Source: a virus
Length of the DNA: 64,000 nucleotides
Direction: 5' to 3' (one strand)
IMG/VR virus record: IMGVR_UViG_3300044618_002075
Span: 2,482-66,481 of that record
The notes under the pieces were generated by a model, which worked only from the letters and a program-made list of their open reading frames with translations, was not told where the DNA came from and did not search any database. Of this stretch, positions 1-7,193 are shown one piece after another (position 1 is the stretch's first letter; each line of letters opens with the position of its first letter). The position numbers were made by a program, and so were the translations under genes.

Positions 1-338
1 AGTTGATCAACGACACGCACCTCTCCAACCTGTGCGCCATCGCCACGCGCAACCCGCGCACGTCCTTCGCCCTGTGGACCAAGCGCAACGACATCGTGTC
101 CAAGCACTTCCGCGGCAACCCCAAACCGGTCAACCTCATCCTGATCTACAGCAACCCCAAGATCAGCAACATCATGCGCAAACCGCCGCGCTACTTCGAC
201 CGCACGTTCAACAACGTGCTGGAGCATGAGCACGTGGAGCAGCAGAACTGCACCGGACAGAAGTGCGCCGACTGCCTGCTGTGCTACACCCCCGGTAATG
301 GGGTGACGACCATCGTCGAGAAGGTCAAGAAGTACTGA
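1..338 (+). CDS. GP88-like / radical-SAM-related phage protein, C-terminal part (5' truncated by window)
   Basis: Open from window start; FALWTKR motif and C-terminal C-x4-C-x2-C-x2-C cluster resemble phage GP88-like proteins. Confidence 0.55.
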   Translation, partial: LINDTHLSNLCAIATRNPRTSFALWTKRNDIVSKHFRGNPKPVNLILIYSNPKISNIMRKPPRYFDRTFNNVLEHEHVEQQNCTGQKCADCLLCYTPGNGVTTIVEKVKKY

Positions 339-360
339 AGGAACAGTCATCCCCTACGGC

Positions 361-383
361 AACTAGGACACGGCGTCCTAGTT
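361..383. repeat. 23-bp palindrome, copy at window start
   Basis: AACTAGGAC-ACGGC-GTCCTAGTT; same motif as seven copies at 60204-63342. Confidence 0.95.
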
Positions 384-410
384 GTCTTTTTACTATCAAC
401 AATCCCGCAG

Positions 411-421
411 TGTGTTACACT
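411..421 (+). promoter_or_regulatory. putative extended -10 sigma70 promoter
   Basis: TGTG-T-TACACT about 45 nt upstream of ATG 466, inside inverted repeat GCAGTGT/ACACTGC (407-423). Confidence 0.5.
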
Positions 422-465
422 GCAGCCGCGCCTCGGGTTTCAGGGGCATTTTCAGGAGAAAGCAA

Positions 466-1458
466 ATGGCTCACCAAATCGACACCACCTCCCGCGCTAC
501 CGCTTCCTACGCTTCCACTCAGCGCGAGTGGCACGGCCTGGGGCAGCTCATGCCCGCAGGCGCGGACATCGAGACCTGGGCAGCAGCCGCAGGCATGGAC
601 TACAAGGTCCAGCGTGCGGTCATCCGCTACGCCACCGAGCGCCTGTCCAGCTACGCGCCCGTGAACAACCTCAAGACCATCGACGACAAGGTCGTGCTGT
701 TCCGCTCGGACACCCACGCTCCCCTGGGCGTGGTCTCGGACGGCTACAAGGTCGTGCAGCCCCGTGAGGTGCTGGACTTCTTCCGCGAGTGGGCGGCAGC
801 CGGCGGGCTGACCATCGAGAGCGCCGGGGTTCTCTTCGGCGGCAAGCGCTACTTCGCCACGGCCAAGCTGGCCGAGGGCGTGTGCGTGGACGGCTCCAGG
901 GACAAGCTCGTGCCCTACGCCCTGCTCAGCACCTCCGCTGATGGCTCCCTGGCCACCGAGGGGCGCTGGACGACAGTGCGGGTGGTGTGCAACAACACCC
1001 TGGGCATGGCACGCAAGGGCGCGACTGCCTTCCGCGTGACGCACCGCTCGGAGTGGAAGCCCGAGAAGTTCCAGGCCGTCATCGAGACGGCCCAGGCCGA
1101 GTTCGGCTCCTTCATGGAGACGTCGCGCAAGCTCGCCGCCATCCGGGTCGAGTCCAGGCTCGCAGAAGAGATGACCGTGGCGCTGTTCAAGAAGGGCACC
1201 CCTGCCGCAGCCGATGACGACAAGGTGCGCGAGTCCCGTGGCTTTGCCTCTGTCATGTCCCTGTTCGCAGGGGCAGGCAAGGGCGCCATGTTGGAGACGT
1301 CGCGCGGCACAGCCTGGGGGTGGCTGAACGCAGTGACGGAGCACGTGGACCATCACGTGTGTGCCCGCAACGACGAGAACCGCACCGCCAGCGCCCTGTG
1401 GGGTCCGGGCGACAACCTCAAGCAGCAGGCTGTGGAGATCGCCCTCGCCGCTGCATAA
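466..1458 (+). CDS. DUF932-family (phage/plasmid-like) protein
   Basis: WHGLG, VSDGYKVVQP, TTVRVVCNNTL and GTAWGWLNAVTEHVDH motifs; RBS AGGAGA before ATG 466. Confidence 0.85.
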   Translation: MAHQIDTTSRATASYASTQREWHGLGQLMPAGADIETWAAAAGMDYKVQRAVIRYATERLSSYAPVNNLKTIDDKVVLFRSDTHAPLGVVSDGYKVVQPREVLDFFREWAAAGGLTIESAGVLFGGKRYFATAKLAEGVCVDGSRDKLVPYALLSTSADGSLATEGRWTTVRVVCNNTLGMARKGATAFRVTHRSEWKPEKFQAVIETAQAEFGSFMETSRKLAAIRVESRLAEEMTVALFKKGTPAAADDDKVRESRGFASVMSLFAGAGKGAMLETSRGTAWGWLNAVTEHVDHHVCARNDENRTASALWGPGDNLKQQAVEIALAAA

Positions 1459-1475
1459 GCGCAGTTGTCAACCCC

Positions 1476-1504
1476 TTGACAGCATGAAACGGGAGGCCCA
1501 CAAT
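1476..1504 (+). promoter_or_regulatory. sigma70-type promoter
   Basis: TTGACA (1476-1481), 17 bp, CACAAT (1499-1504). Confidence 0.65.
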
Positions 1505-1535
1505 CGGGCCTCCCTCAACTACCTTGGAGTCTTAC

Positions 1536-1808
1536 ATGACCTTCCAGATCGAGTCCGGTATCCCCATGCCCAAGCGTGCCTCTGTCGGTCGGCGCGGCAC
1601 TGAATTCCCCTTCGCTGAAATGGAAGTCGGCGATAGCTTCCTGATGCCCTGCAACGTCAGCGAAGAGAAGAACATCGTCAACTGGCGTCGCAAGCTGGCT
1701 GCGGCCCGCAAGCGCTTCGAGGCCAAGAGCGACTACGACATCGACCTGCGCACCGCCGTCGTCGCCGACGACAAGGGCACCGGTGTCCGCGTCTGGCGCA
1801 CCGCCTGA
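1536..1808 (+). CDS. small phage protein, probably DNA-binding
   Basis: IESGIPMP...FPFAEMEVGDSF...GVRVWRT pattern; GGAG RBS. Confidence 0.75.
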   Translation: MTFQIESGIPMPKRASVGRRGTEFPFAEMEVGDSFLMPCNVSEEKNIVNWRRKLAAARKRFEAKSDYDIDLRTAVVADDKGTGVRVWRTA

Positions 1809-1831
1809 CAACCGACCGACAACCACCACTC

Positions 1832-1910
1832 AACGCTCTGCAAATGCAGGGCGTTTTTCATGGCCGAACGCTTTACACCCCGCAGGGGCAGGGCGTTTTT
1901 CATGGCCGAA
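1832..1910 (+). terminator. tandem intrinsic terminators with a 23-bp direct repeat
   Basis: GCAGGGCGTTTTTCATGGCCGAA at 1846-1868 and 1888-1910; each pairs with an upstream AACGCT and ends in a T5 tract. Confidence 0.6.
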
Positions 1911-1926
1911 AGGAAAGGAGTAGCAA

Positions 1927-2286
1927 GTGCATATCAAGCATCTGACCTTCGACAAGGCGCTCAATCTCTTGCGCGTGCTCAACGCCAAGTTCATCGTCGT
2001 CGATGCCGACGGCAAGACGCACACACACGGCGACCTGCGCCTCGCAGAGCCGCCCTCGGAGCGCAAGCGCAAGCAGATCGTCCCGATGGGGACGTACCAC
2101 AGCATCTACTACACCATGGTCAAGGACATCAAGGCTGGAGAGGGCGTCAGCATCACCCTGCCGGAAGGCATGGACCCCGAGGGGTTCCGCTCGTCAATGG
2201 GCGCGTGGTGCAGCAAGCACTGGGGGGCTGGTTCCTACCTCACCCAGATCGAAGGCCGCATCGTTGAAGTACTGCGCGTGGAGTGA
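1927..2286 (+). CDS. hypothetical protein
   Basis: GTG start after AAAGGAG; phage-like codon usage. Confidence 0.75.
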   Translation: MHIKHLTFDKALNLLRVLNAKFIVVDADGKTHTHGDLRLAEPPSERKRKQIVPMGTYHSIYYTMVKDIKAGEGVSITLPEGMDPEGFRSSMGAWCSKHWGAGSYLTQIEGRIVEVLRVE

Positions 2287-2516
2287 ACATGGACAAGCAA
2301 CACGACCCCGTCAACCACCCCAAACACTACACCGAGCACCCATCGGGCGTGGAGTGCATCCAGATCACCGAGCACATGAGTTTCTGCTTGGGCAACGCGG
2401 TGAAGTATGTATGGCGTGCTGGTTTGAAGAGCGACAGCCCGGTGGAGGATCTGCGCAAGGCGCGGTGGTACATCGACCGTGAAATACAGCGCTTGATGCG
2501 CGGGAGCGATGCATGA
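2283..2516 (+). CDS. DUF3310 / SaV-like protein (T7 gp1.7 nucleotide-kinase-related)
   Basis: DPVNHPKHY...ECI...FCLGNAVKYVWRAGLK...EDLRKARWY signature. Confidence 0.85.
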   Translation: MNMDKQHDPVNHPKHYTEHPSGVECIQITEHMSFCLGNAVKYVWRAGLKSDSPVEDLRKARWYIDREIQRLMRGSDA

Positions 2517-2668
2517 AGACCAAGATGCTCAAGAAGGCCCGCGCCCTGTGGAACACGGGCGACAGGCGCCTGGACAGGCGCAACCAGAGGGCCTGGGTGC
2601 AGGCCATCCGCAGGCTGGGCGACAAGTGGCTGCTCGCCACGCATGTGCAGAGGAAGGAGCAGGTATGA
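2513..2668 (+). CDS. hypothetical protein (51 aa, MKTKMLKKARALW...LGDKWLLA), not in ORF track
   Basis: Manual translation; ATGA overlaps at both ends. Confidence 0.7.
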   Translation: MKTKMLKKARALWNTGDRRLDRRNQRAWVQAIRRLGDKWLLATHVQRKEQV

Positions 2669-2916
2669 ACGAAGACGTTTGCAAGCCGTCCGAGAAGGGC
2701 ACGCACGAGTGGCGGGCGTACATGTCTGGTGGATACAAGTGTGTCTACTGTGGCACGGAGTGGCTCCCCGCCGAGCCCTGCGTCGATCCCGACGAGATCG
2801 AGGCGCACAAGTACATCGAGCCCCAGCCCGAGCCGCTGTGGCCGAAGGTTGTGGGCGTGGTTATTGCCATCATCCTGATTGGTCTGGTGTTCGGTCCTGT
2901 GGGGGTGATCAAGTGA
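2665..2916 (+). CDS. small membrane-anchored protein with CxxC
   Basis: CVYC and hydrophobic C-terminus; AAGGAG RBS. Confidence 0.65.
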   Translation: MNEDVCKPSEKGTHEWRAYMSGGYKCVYCGTEWLPAEPCVDPDEIEAHKYIEPQPEPLWPKVVGVVIAIILIGLVFGPVGVIK

Positions 2917-3137
2917 AACTCATCCTCTTAACAACGGTGCTGCTCATTGCAGGCTGCGCGCCCACAGGGTTTTACGAGTCGGAGACAACACCAAAAGGGT
3001 GGCGTGTGATTACTACACCCGGTAACCACTTCTCCTATATCGTGCCTGTGGTTATGGACGATGGAACCCGTTGCATTGTGCTGTCCAGCAATAGCAGCGG
3101 CAGAGGCGGCATAACCTGCGATTGGGGGAAGAAATGA
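2913..3137 (+). CDS. putative lipoprotein
   Basis: GTG start, K + hydrophobic stretch + lipobox IAGC. Confidence 0.65.
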   Translation: MKLILLTTVLLIAGCAPTGFYESETTPKGWRVITTPGNHFSYIVPVVMDDGTRCIVLSSNSSGRGGITCDWGKK

Positions 3138-3772
3138 CCACCATCACCGTACCCCGCGCAGTGCTGGAGCAGGTGCTGGAGGCGCTGATCCACATGTGCC
3201 ACAACACCTTGGCCGACAAAGGATACGACGGCCAACTCGTTCAAGACGCCATCGACAACCTCCGCGCCGCGCAGCAGGAGCAGGAGCCGGTGGCGTACAC
3301 CGGCGACGTAGCCCGCAGGATGCGTGAGGCGGGAATGACGTTCCATCTTGGGATGCCGCACGCCGTTGTGATGGAGCAGATGACTCGGTTTCACGACATT
3401 GTGTGCGCAGAGGCAAGCATCAAAGCTGCGGCGGCGTTTGCACACCCACCCCGCCGCGAGACGGAGCAGGAACCGGTGGCGTGGACAGATCGAGAGCTTC
3501 AACTGATCGACGGGATGATTGAAGTCCAACTGCGCCACGCCTCGCAGTGCGACGGCATTGCAAACCGCACGATGGCTGAGAAACAGAAGGGCTGGGACAT
3601 GGAGCGGGTGGCCCTGCTGCAAAAGATCAAGAGCAACCCACCCCGCCGCGAGTGGCAGTCGTTGAGCGAGGAGGAGATCAACGAGTTGTCGCACACGATG
3701 GTCAAAGGGCACAAGTCAGTGAACTGGCTTGCCCGCGCCATCGAGGCCAAGCTGAAGGAGAAGAACCAATGA
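3134..3772 (+). CDS. modular hypothetical protein with EQEPVA / PPRRE linker repeats
   Basis: ATGA-coupled; duplicated linkers visible in protein and DNA. Confidence 0.75.
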   Translation: MTTITVPRAVLEQVLEALIHMCHNTLADKGYDGQLVQDAIDNLRAAQQEQEPVAYTGDVARRMREAGMTFHLGMPHAVVMEQMTRFHDIVCAEASIKAAAAFAHPPRRETEQEPVAWTDRELQLIDGMIEVQLRHASQCDGIANRTMAEKQKGWDMERVALLQKIKSNPPRREWQSLSEEEINELSHTMVKGHKSVNWLARAIEAKLKEKNQ

Positions 3773-3948
3773 TCCCGACAAACAAGCCGCGCTTCGTTGT
3801 GCGCAAAGAAATCGACCACTGGAACTCATCTGACGAATGGATTGCTACACGCCCTGTTCGCATCCTTCAGCAGTGGTGGGAATTTGAAACAACGGAGGAC
3901 GCATCTGGAGAATGGCGTGATGTGACTGTGGAGGAAGAAAATGGCTGA
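3769..3948 (+). CDS. hypothetical protein
   Basis: ATGA overlap; RILQQWW...GEWRDV. Confidence 0.7.
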   Translation: MIPTNKPRFVVRKEIDHWNSSDEWIATRPVRILQQWWEFETTEDASGEWRDVTVEEENG

Positions 3949-4159
3949 CAAACCCGAAGCCCTGCGGATGGCTGATTCGCTGGATAAGTTCAGCAACCCG
4001 TGGGACAAAGAAATCGCTTCAGAACTGCGCCGGCTGGTTGCGGTGAATCAGGAACTGCTGGAGTCGTTGAAGGACTTGACCACTGCGCAGGATTTAAACG
4101 CATACGGTATGGCTTTGCATAACGCCCGCGCCGCCATCGCCAAAGCGGAGGTGAAGTAA
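3941..4159 (+). CDS. hypothetical protein
   Basis: PEALRMAD...ELLESLK...ARAAIAKA pattern typical of small phage accessory proteins. Confidence 0.7.
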   Translation: MADKPEALRMADSLDKFSNPWDKEIASELRRLVAVNQELLESLKDLTTAQDLNAYGMALHNARAAIAKAEVK

Positions 4160-4272
4160 TGGGAGAGTACGCACGAATTCAGATGGCCGAAGACGCCCGA
4201 CGCATGTTTGGCGGCAACTGGGAGCCAGACATCTTTGCAGCGACCTACGAGCCGGTGGGGGAGCAAGCATGA
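4159..4272 (+). CDS. hypothetical protein (37 aa, ends PDIFAATYEPVGEQA)
   Basis: Manual translation; TAATG coupling, GGAGG RBS. Confidence 0.5.
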   Translation: MGEYARIQMAEDARRMFGGNWEPDIFAATYEPVGEQA

Positions 4273-4442
4273 CCTACACCCTAATCGCTTGTTTTGCTTT
4301 CAACGGCTTTTTTGGGGCTTGTGGCCGGTACATTGAGGTTGATTACCAGACGCTTGCCGAGTGTCGTGCAACGCTGGATGACTTGAAGATTCAGCCTGCG
4401 TTTTCGTACGGGCTTTGCAAGCCGAGGAAGGAGCAGAAATGA
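4269..4442 (+). CDS. hypothetical Cys-rich protein (57 aa)
   Basis: Manual translation MTYTLIACFAFNG...; ATGA overlaps at both ends. Confidence 0.55.
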   Translation: MTYTLIACFAFNGFFGACGRYIEVDYQTLAECRATLDDLKIQPAFSYGLCKPRKEQK

Positions 4443-4633
4443 AAGACACCGGAGGACCGGCGTTTCCGCATAGCCGTCTCGGCAGCGACGCTGACGGAAT
4501 GACCCTGCGCGATTACTTCGCGGCGATGGCGATGCAAGCACTGCTGACTCGGATAGAGATGTCTGGGGCTGAAAGGGCGCGGGATGCTTACATCATTGCC
4601 GACGCCATGCTGGCACAGAGGAACAAGGTATGA
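4439..4633 (+). CDS. conserved small phage protein (GGPAFP / GMTLRDYFAA family)
   Basis: Motifs GGPAFP, GMTLRDYFAA, AYxxADAML. Confidence 0.8.
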   Translation: MKDTGGPAFPHSRLGSDADGMTLRDYFAAMAMQALLTRIEMSGAERARDAYIIADAMLAQRNKV

Positions 4634-4713
4634 AACTCCGCGCCTTTCTGCGCGGCTTCGTCAATGGACTAGCACTGCTGCCGCTGTGGCGGTGGCTCAG
4701 GAGCAGGACATGA
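4630..4713 (+). CDS. very small hypothetical protein (27 aa)
   Basis: MKLRAFLRGFVNGLALLPLWRWLRSRT; fills the gap with ATGA overlaps. Confidence 0.5.
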   Translation: MKLRAFLRGFVNGLALLPLWRWLRSRT

Positions 4714-4937
4714 CCACATGGCACAAAAGCCCGCCGCCTTCTGTCGGCTGGTGGCCAGCGAGCCGCCGCCGTAACCCAGACCTCCTGCGTTGGTGGAATG
4801 GTAGGAAATGGAGCCAGCCGGTGCATATCAGGATGACAGCCGAGGAAGCGGCAGAATCTGCATATGTCGAAAGTTTTTTGGACGACATTGAATGGACCGA
4901 CAGGCCCGCATCGTGGCCGGAAAGGAGCAGGACATGA
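4710..4937 (+). CDS. Trp-rich hypothetical protein, tandem paralogue 1
   Basis: MTTWHKSPPPSVGWWPAS...DIEWTDRPASWPERSRT. Confidence 0.8.
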   Translation: MTTWHKSPPPSVGWWPASRRRNPDLLRWWNGRKWSQPVHIRMTAEEAAESAYVESFLDDIEWTDRPASWPERSRT

Positions 4938-5164
4938 CCACATGGCACAAAGGCCCGCCGCCTTCTGTCGGCTGGTGGCCGGCGAGTACAACGCGTAGTC
5001 CAAATATGCTACGGTGGTGGAATGGAAAGTGGTGGAGTTGCGGTTGTGTTGAGCGCTATTCGGCGCAAACTGTGGCAAAAGTTGCCACGGAGAAATCTCG
5101 GTATCAAAACGACATCGAATGGACCGACAGGCCCGCATCGTGGCCGGAAAGGAGTAGGACATGA
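4934..5164 (+). CDS. Trp-rich hypothetical protein, tandem paralogue 2
   Basis: MTTWHKGPPPSVGWWPAS...DIEWTDRPASWPERSRT. Confidence 0.8.
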   Translation: MTTWHKGPPPSVGWWPASTTRSPNMLRWWNGKWWSCGCVERYSAQTVAKVATEKSRYQNDIEWTDRPASWPERSRT

Positions 5165-5523
5165 CCCAAGAAGACATCATCCGCATGGCGCGGGAGGCTG
5201 GCTTAGGCGCCTCACTGTGCCACAACAGCATCGAGGGCGATCGAATTTGGATTGAGGGCGCCGATTGGCACGATGAGGTTGAACGCTTCGCCGCCATCGT
5301 CGCCGCAGCAGAACGCGAGAAACTCACCAACTGGATGTGGAGCCTGGGCTACGCCACCGGCCACGGCGACACGATAGAGGATCTGCTGGACCACCTTGGC
5401 ACGCAGATTGCTGAGGGGCTGCTGACGGAGCGCACCGCCTGTGCCGACATCTGCGACCAGCGCGCCAGCATCGAGGGCATCGCGCAGCGGTGTGCGGCAG
5501 AAATCAGAGCGAGGAACACATGA
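5161..5523 (+). CDS. hypothetical protein
   Basis: DIIRMAREAG...AAAERE...YATGHGDTIEDLL...ERxACAxIC pattern. Confidence 0.75.
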   Translation: MTQEDIIRMAREAGLGASLCHNSIEGDRIWIEGADWHDEVERFAAIVAAAEREKLTNWMWSLGYATGHGDTIEDLLDHLGTQIAEGLLTERTACADICDQRASIEGIAQRCAAEIRARNT

Positions 5524-5615
5524 CCATCATCTACTACTGGTGCCCGCTGCATCGAGCGTATGTGCAACGGACAGTGCCAACGGAGTTGGCGTTTAGATTG
5601 GCGGGGTTGGCATGA
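5520..5615 (+). CDS. very small hypothetical protein (31 aa)
   Basis: Manual translation MTIIYYWCPLH...; ATGA overlaps at both ends. Confidence 0.5.
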   Translation: MTIIYYWCPLHRAYVQRTVPTELAFRLAGLA

Positions 5616-5794
5616 ACTACCTACCCAATGATGTGGCCCGTTGCGCCGGGGCACACAAGCCCGAATGCGAGGACTGCCTGAGAAACATCAAGGTCAGCCC
5701 GCTGCATCCTGCAGCCATCCGCTCTGTCTGGATCGGCCCGTGGGTACTTGACGAACCCTGTATTTCCAAGCTGACCAAGGAGGAACCGAAATGA
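5612..5794 (+). CDS. Cys-containing hypothetical protein
   Basis: LPNDVARC...CEDCLR. Confidence 0.7.
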   Translation: MNYLPNDVARCAGAHKPECEDCLRNIKVSPLHPAAIRSVWIGPWVLDEPCISKLTKEEPK

Positions 5795-6051
5795 AACACG
5801 TAGTCCCAGTACGCAATCAAAAAACGAGGGAAGCGTTTGAACAGCTTAATAAAGTCATCAAGCAAGAGCGTGCCGAGCGTGCGCGTGATGCATGGTTTCA
5901 CGGTGCGCTGTGGGTGCTACTTAAACTGCCTGCGCATGAAGCAGAAGGAATGGCGGCAGAAATTGCCAAAATACAGCCCGACAGAGCAGACACTTTGGCG
6001 AATCTACTATCTGACGGAGGAGTTGGGTTGTTTTTGAAGGAACCGAAATGA
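5791..6051 (+). CDS. hypothetical protein flanked by 15-bp direct repeats
   Basis: AT-richer than its neighbours; AGGAACCGAAATGAA at 5781 and 6038. Confidence 0.7.
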   Translation: MKHVVPVRNQKTREAFEQLNKVIKQERAERARDAWFHGALWVLLKLPAHEAEGMAAEIAKIQPDRADTLANLLSDGGVGLFLKEPK

Positions 6052-6194
6052 ACGAACCCATGCACCCCTCGGGCCTGACGCTTGCTCGCTGGCTGTGGCC
6101 TTTCAAGACGGACGAGGAGCGCGTTCTCGTTGCCCGGTGGTTCGCCAAGCAGGCCCGCGCTGAGCGGGGCCAGGGTGAGGAGGCGCTCTTCTGA
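6048..6194 (+). CDS. hypothetical protein (48 aa, ends EEALF)
   Basis: Manual translation; overlapping start/stop at both ends. Confidence 0.55.
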   Translation: MNEPMHPSGLTLARWLWPFKTDEERVLVARWFAKQARAERGQGEEALF

Positions 6195-6589
6195 TGGCCT
6201 TGAACACGCACCTCAGCAACACCACAGCCTACGCGGCGGTGGTCGAGGCCCTGGTCCGCATGGGCGGCACGCCGAAAGAGCTTCACGAGATCTCGGGTCT
6301 GGCGGCCAACACCACGCGCAAGTTCATCCGCGCCCTGCGCAACCGGCAGCTGGTCCGCGTAGCGCTGTGGCGCCAGGACACCATGGGCCGCTACACAATC
6401 GCCGTGTGGGGGTGGGGCAGTCCACTCTACGACGCCAAGCGCCCGCCGAGGATGACCTCGACCCAACGGTCTGCACGACGGAGGATGAAGAACCGTGAGA
6501 TGTCCGCACTGCAACAAGGAAGGCAAAGCGACGGTGCTGGAAAGCCGCCCACTGGACGGGCAGGTCTGGCGCAGGCGCATGTGCCCTAA
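6194..6589 (+). CDS. winged-HTH-like protein
   Basis: TPKELHEISGLAANTTRKFIRALRNRQLV resembles a wHTH. Confidence 0.6.
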   Translation: MALNTHLSNTTAYAAVVEALVRMGGTPKELHEISGLAANTTRKFIRALRNRQLVRVALWRQDTMGRYTIAVWGWGSPLYDAKRPPRMTSTQRSARRRMKNREMSALQQGRQSDGAGKPPTGRAGLAQAHVP

Positions 6590-6725
6590 GTGCCTCAAGT
6601 CGTTCGTCTCCTGCGAGACGGCGACACCCGGCATGACAATGCCTACAATGACACAATCAAGACATCGGTTGAAAGATCGCAAGATCAAACCGGAACAGCA
6701 CAACCTCAGATGGGGAAGTTTTTGA
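6495..6725 (+). CDS. NrdR N-terminal-like zinc-ribbon protein
   Basis: MRCPHC...VLESR...RRRMCPKCLKSF; no ATP-cone domain. Confidence 0.75.
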   Translation: MRCPHCNKEGKATVLESRPLDGQVWRRRMCPKCLKSFVSCETATPGMTMPTMTQSRHRLKDRKIKPEQHNLRWGSF

Positions 6726-6874
6726 TGAGCGGTGGCAGTTGCTACATGAGCGTTTTATCCTCGCAGATGTGACGCGCTTATGTACCGTTCACGCAGCCGC
6801 TCATCCTACTATGCGTGAACGGACCTCCGTAGACTAGAACCCGCGGGAGGCTAGTAATCTGCGTCTCCTCCCGC
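6724..6874 (+). ncRNA. candidate structured RNA with two tandem pseudoknots
   Basis: Five 8-11 bp helices in 150 nt, two of them loop pairings (see findings). Confidence 0.5.
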
Positions 6875-6893
6875 ACCTAACACCAACAAACCA

Positions 6894-7193
6894 ATGGCAA
6901 AAACACCTGAGAAAAAAGTCAAGGACATGTGCATCGAGATCCTCAAGGACTTCCGTGCATACTACTTCTTCCCTGTCATGGGCGGTTACGGTCGCTCAGG
7001 GATTCCCGACATCATCGTCTGCTACAGGGGGCAATTCATAGCCGTCGAGTGCAAAGCAGGCTTTAACAAAACCACCCCATTGCAGGACAAGGAGCTTGCT
7101 GCAATTTCCACCGCTGGTGGCATCACCCTCGTTATTCGCGAGGATACAATCGAACTGCTCCAACAGGAGCTAAGGAGAATCAAGCATGCATAA
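6894..7193 (+). CDS. VRR-NUC family nuclease (Holliday junction resolvase-like)
   Basis: TPE...GIPDII...AVECKA...TPLQ PD-(D/E)XK motif. Confidence 0.85.
   Translation: MAKTPEKKVKDMCIEILKDFRAYYFFPVMGGYGRSGIPDIIVCYRGQFIAVECKAGFNKTTPLQDKELAAISTAGGITLVIREDTIELLQQELRRIKHA

Noticed and set aside
382-465. N-terminal extensions in the ORF track (e.g. starts at 382, 14324, 59916, 61843)
   Set aside because: Downstream starts have better RBS or overlap coupling; the extensions cross regulatory DNA or other genes
4699-5166. Diversity-generating retroelement TR/VR pair
   Set aside because: Differences are not confined to adenines, both copies are intact genes, and no reverse transcriptase is present
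6722-6730. TTGATGAG as a hammerhead ribozyme core
   Set aside because: No CTGATGA and no correctly placed GAAA; the helices do not fit a hammerhead
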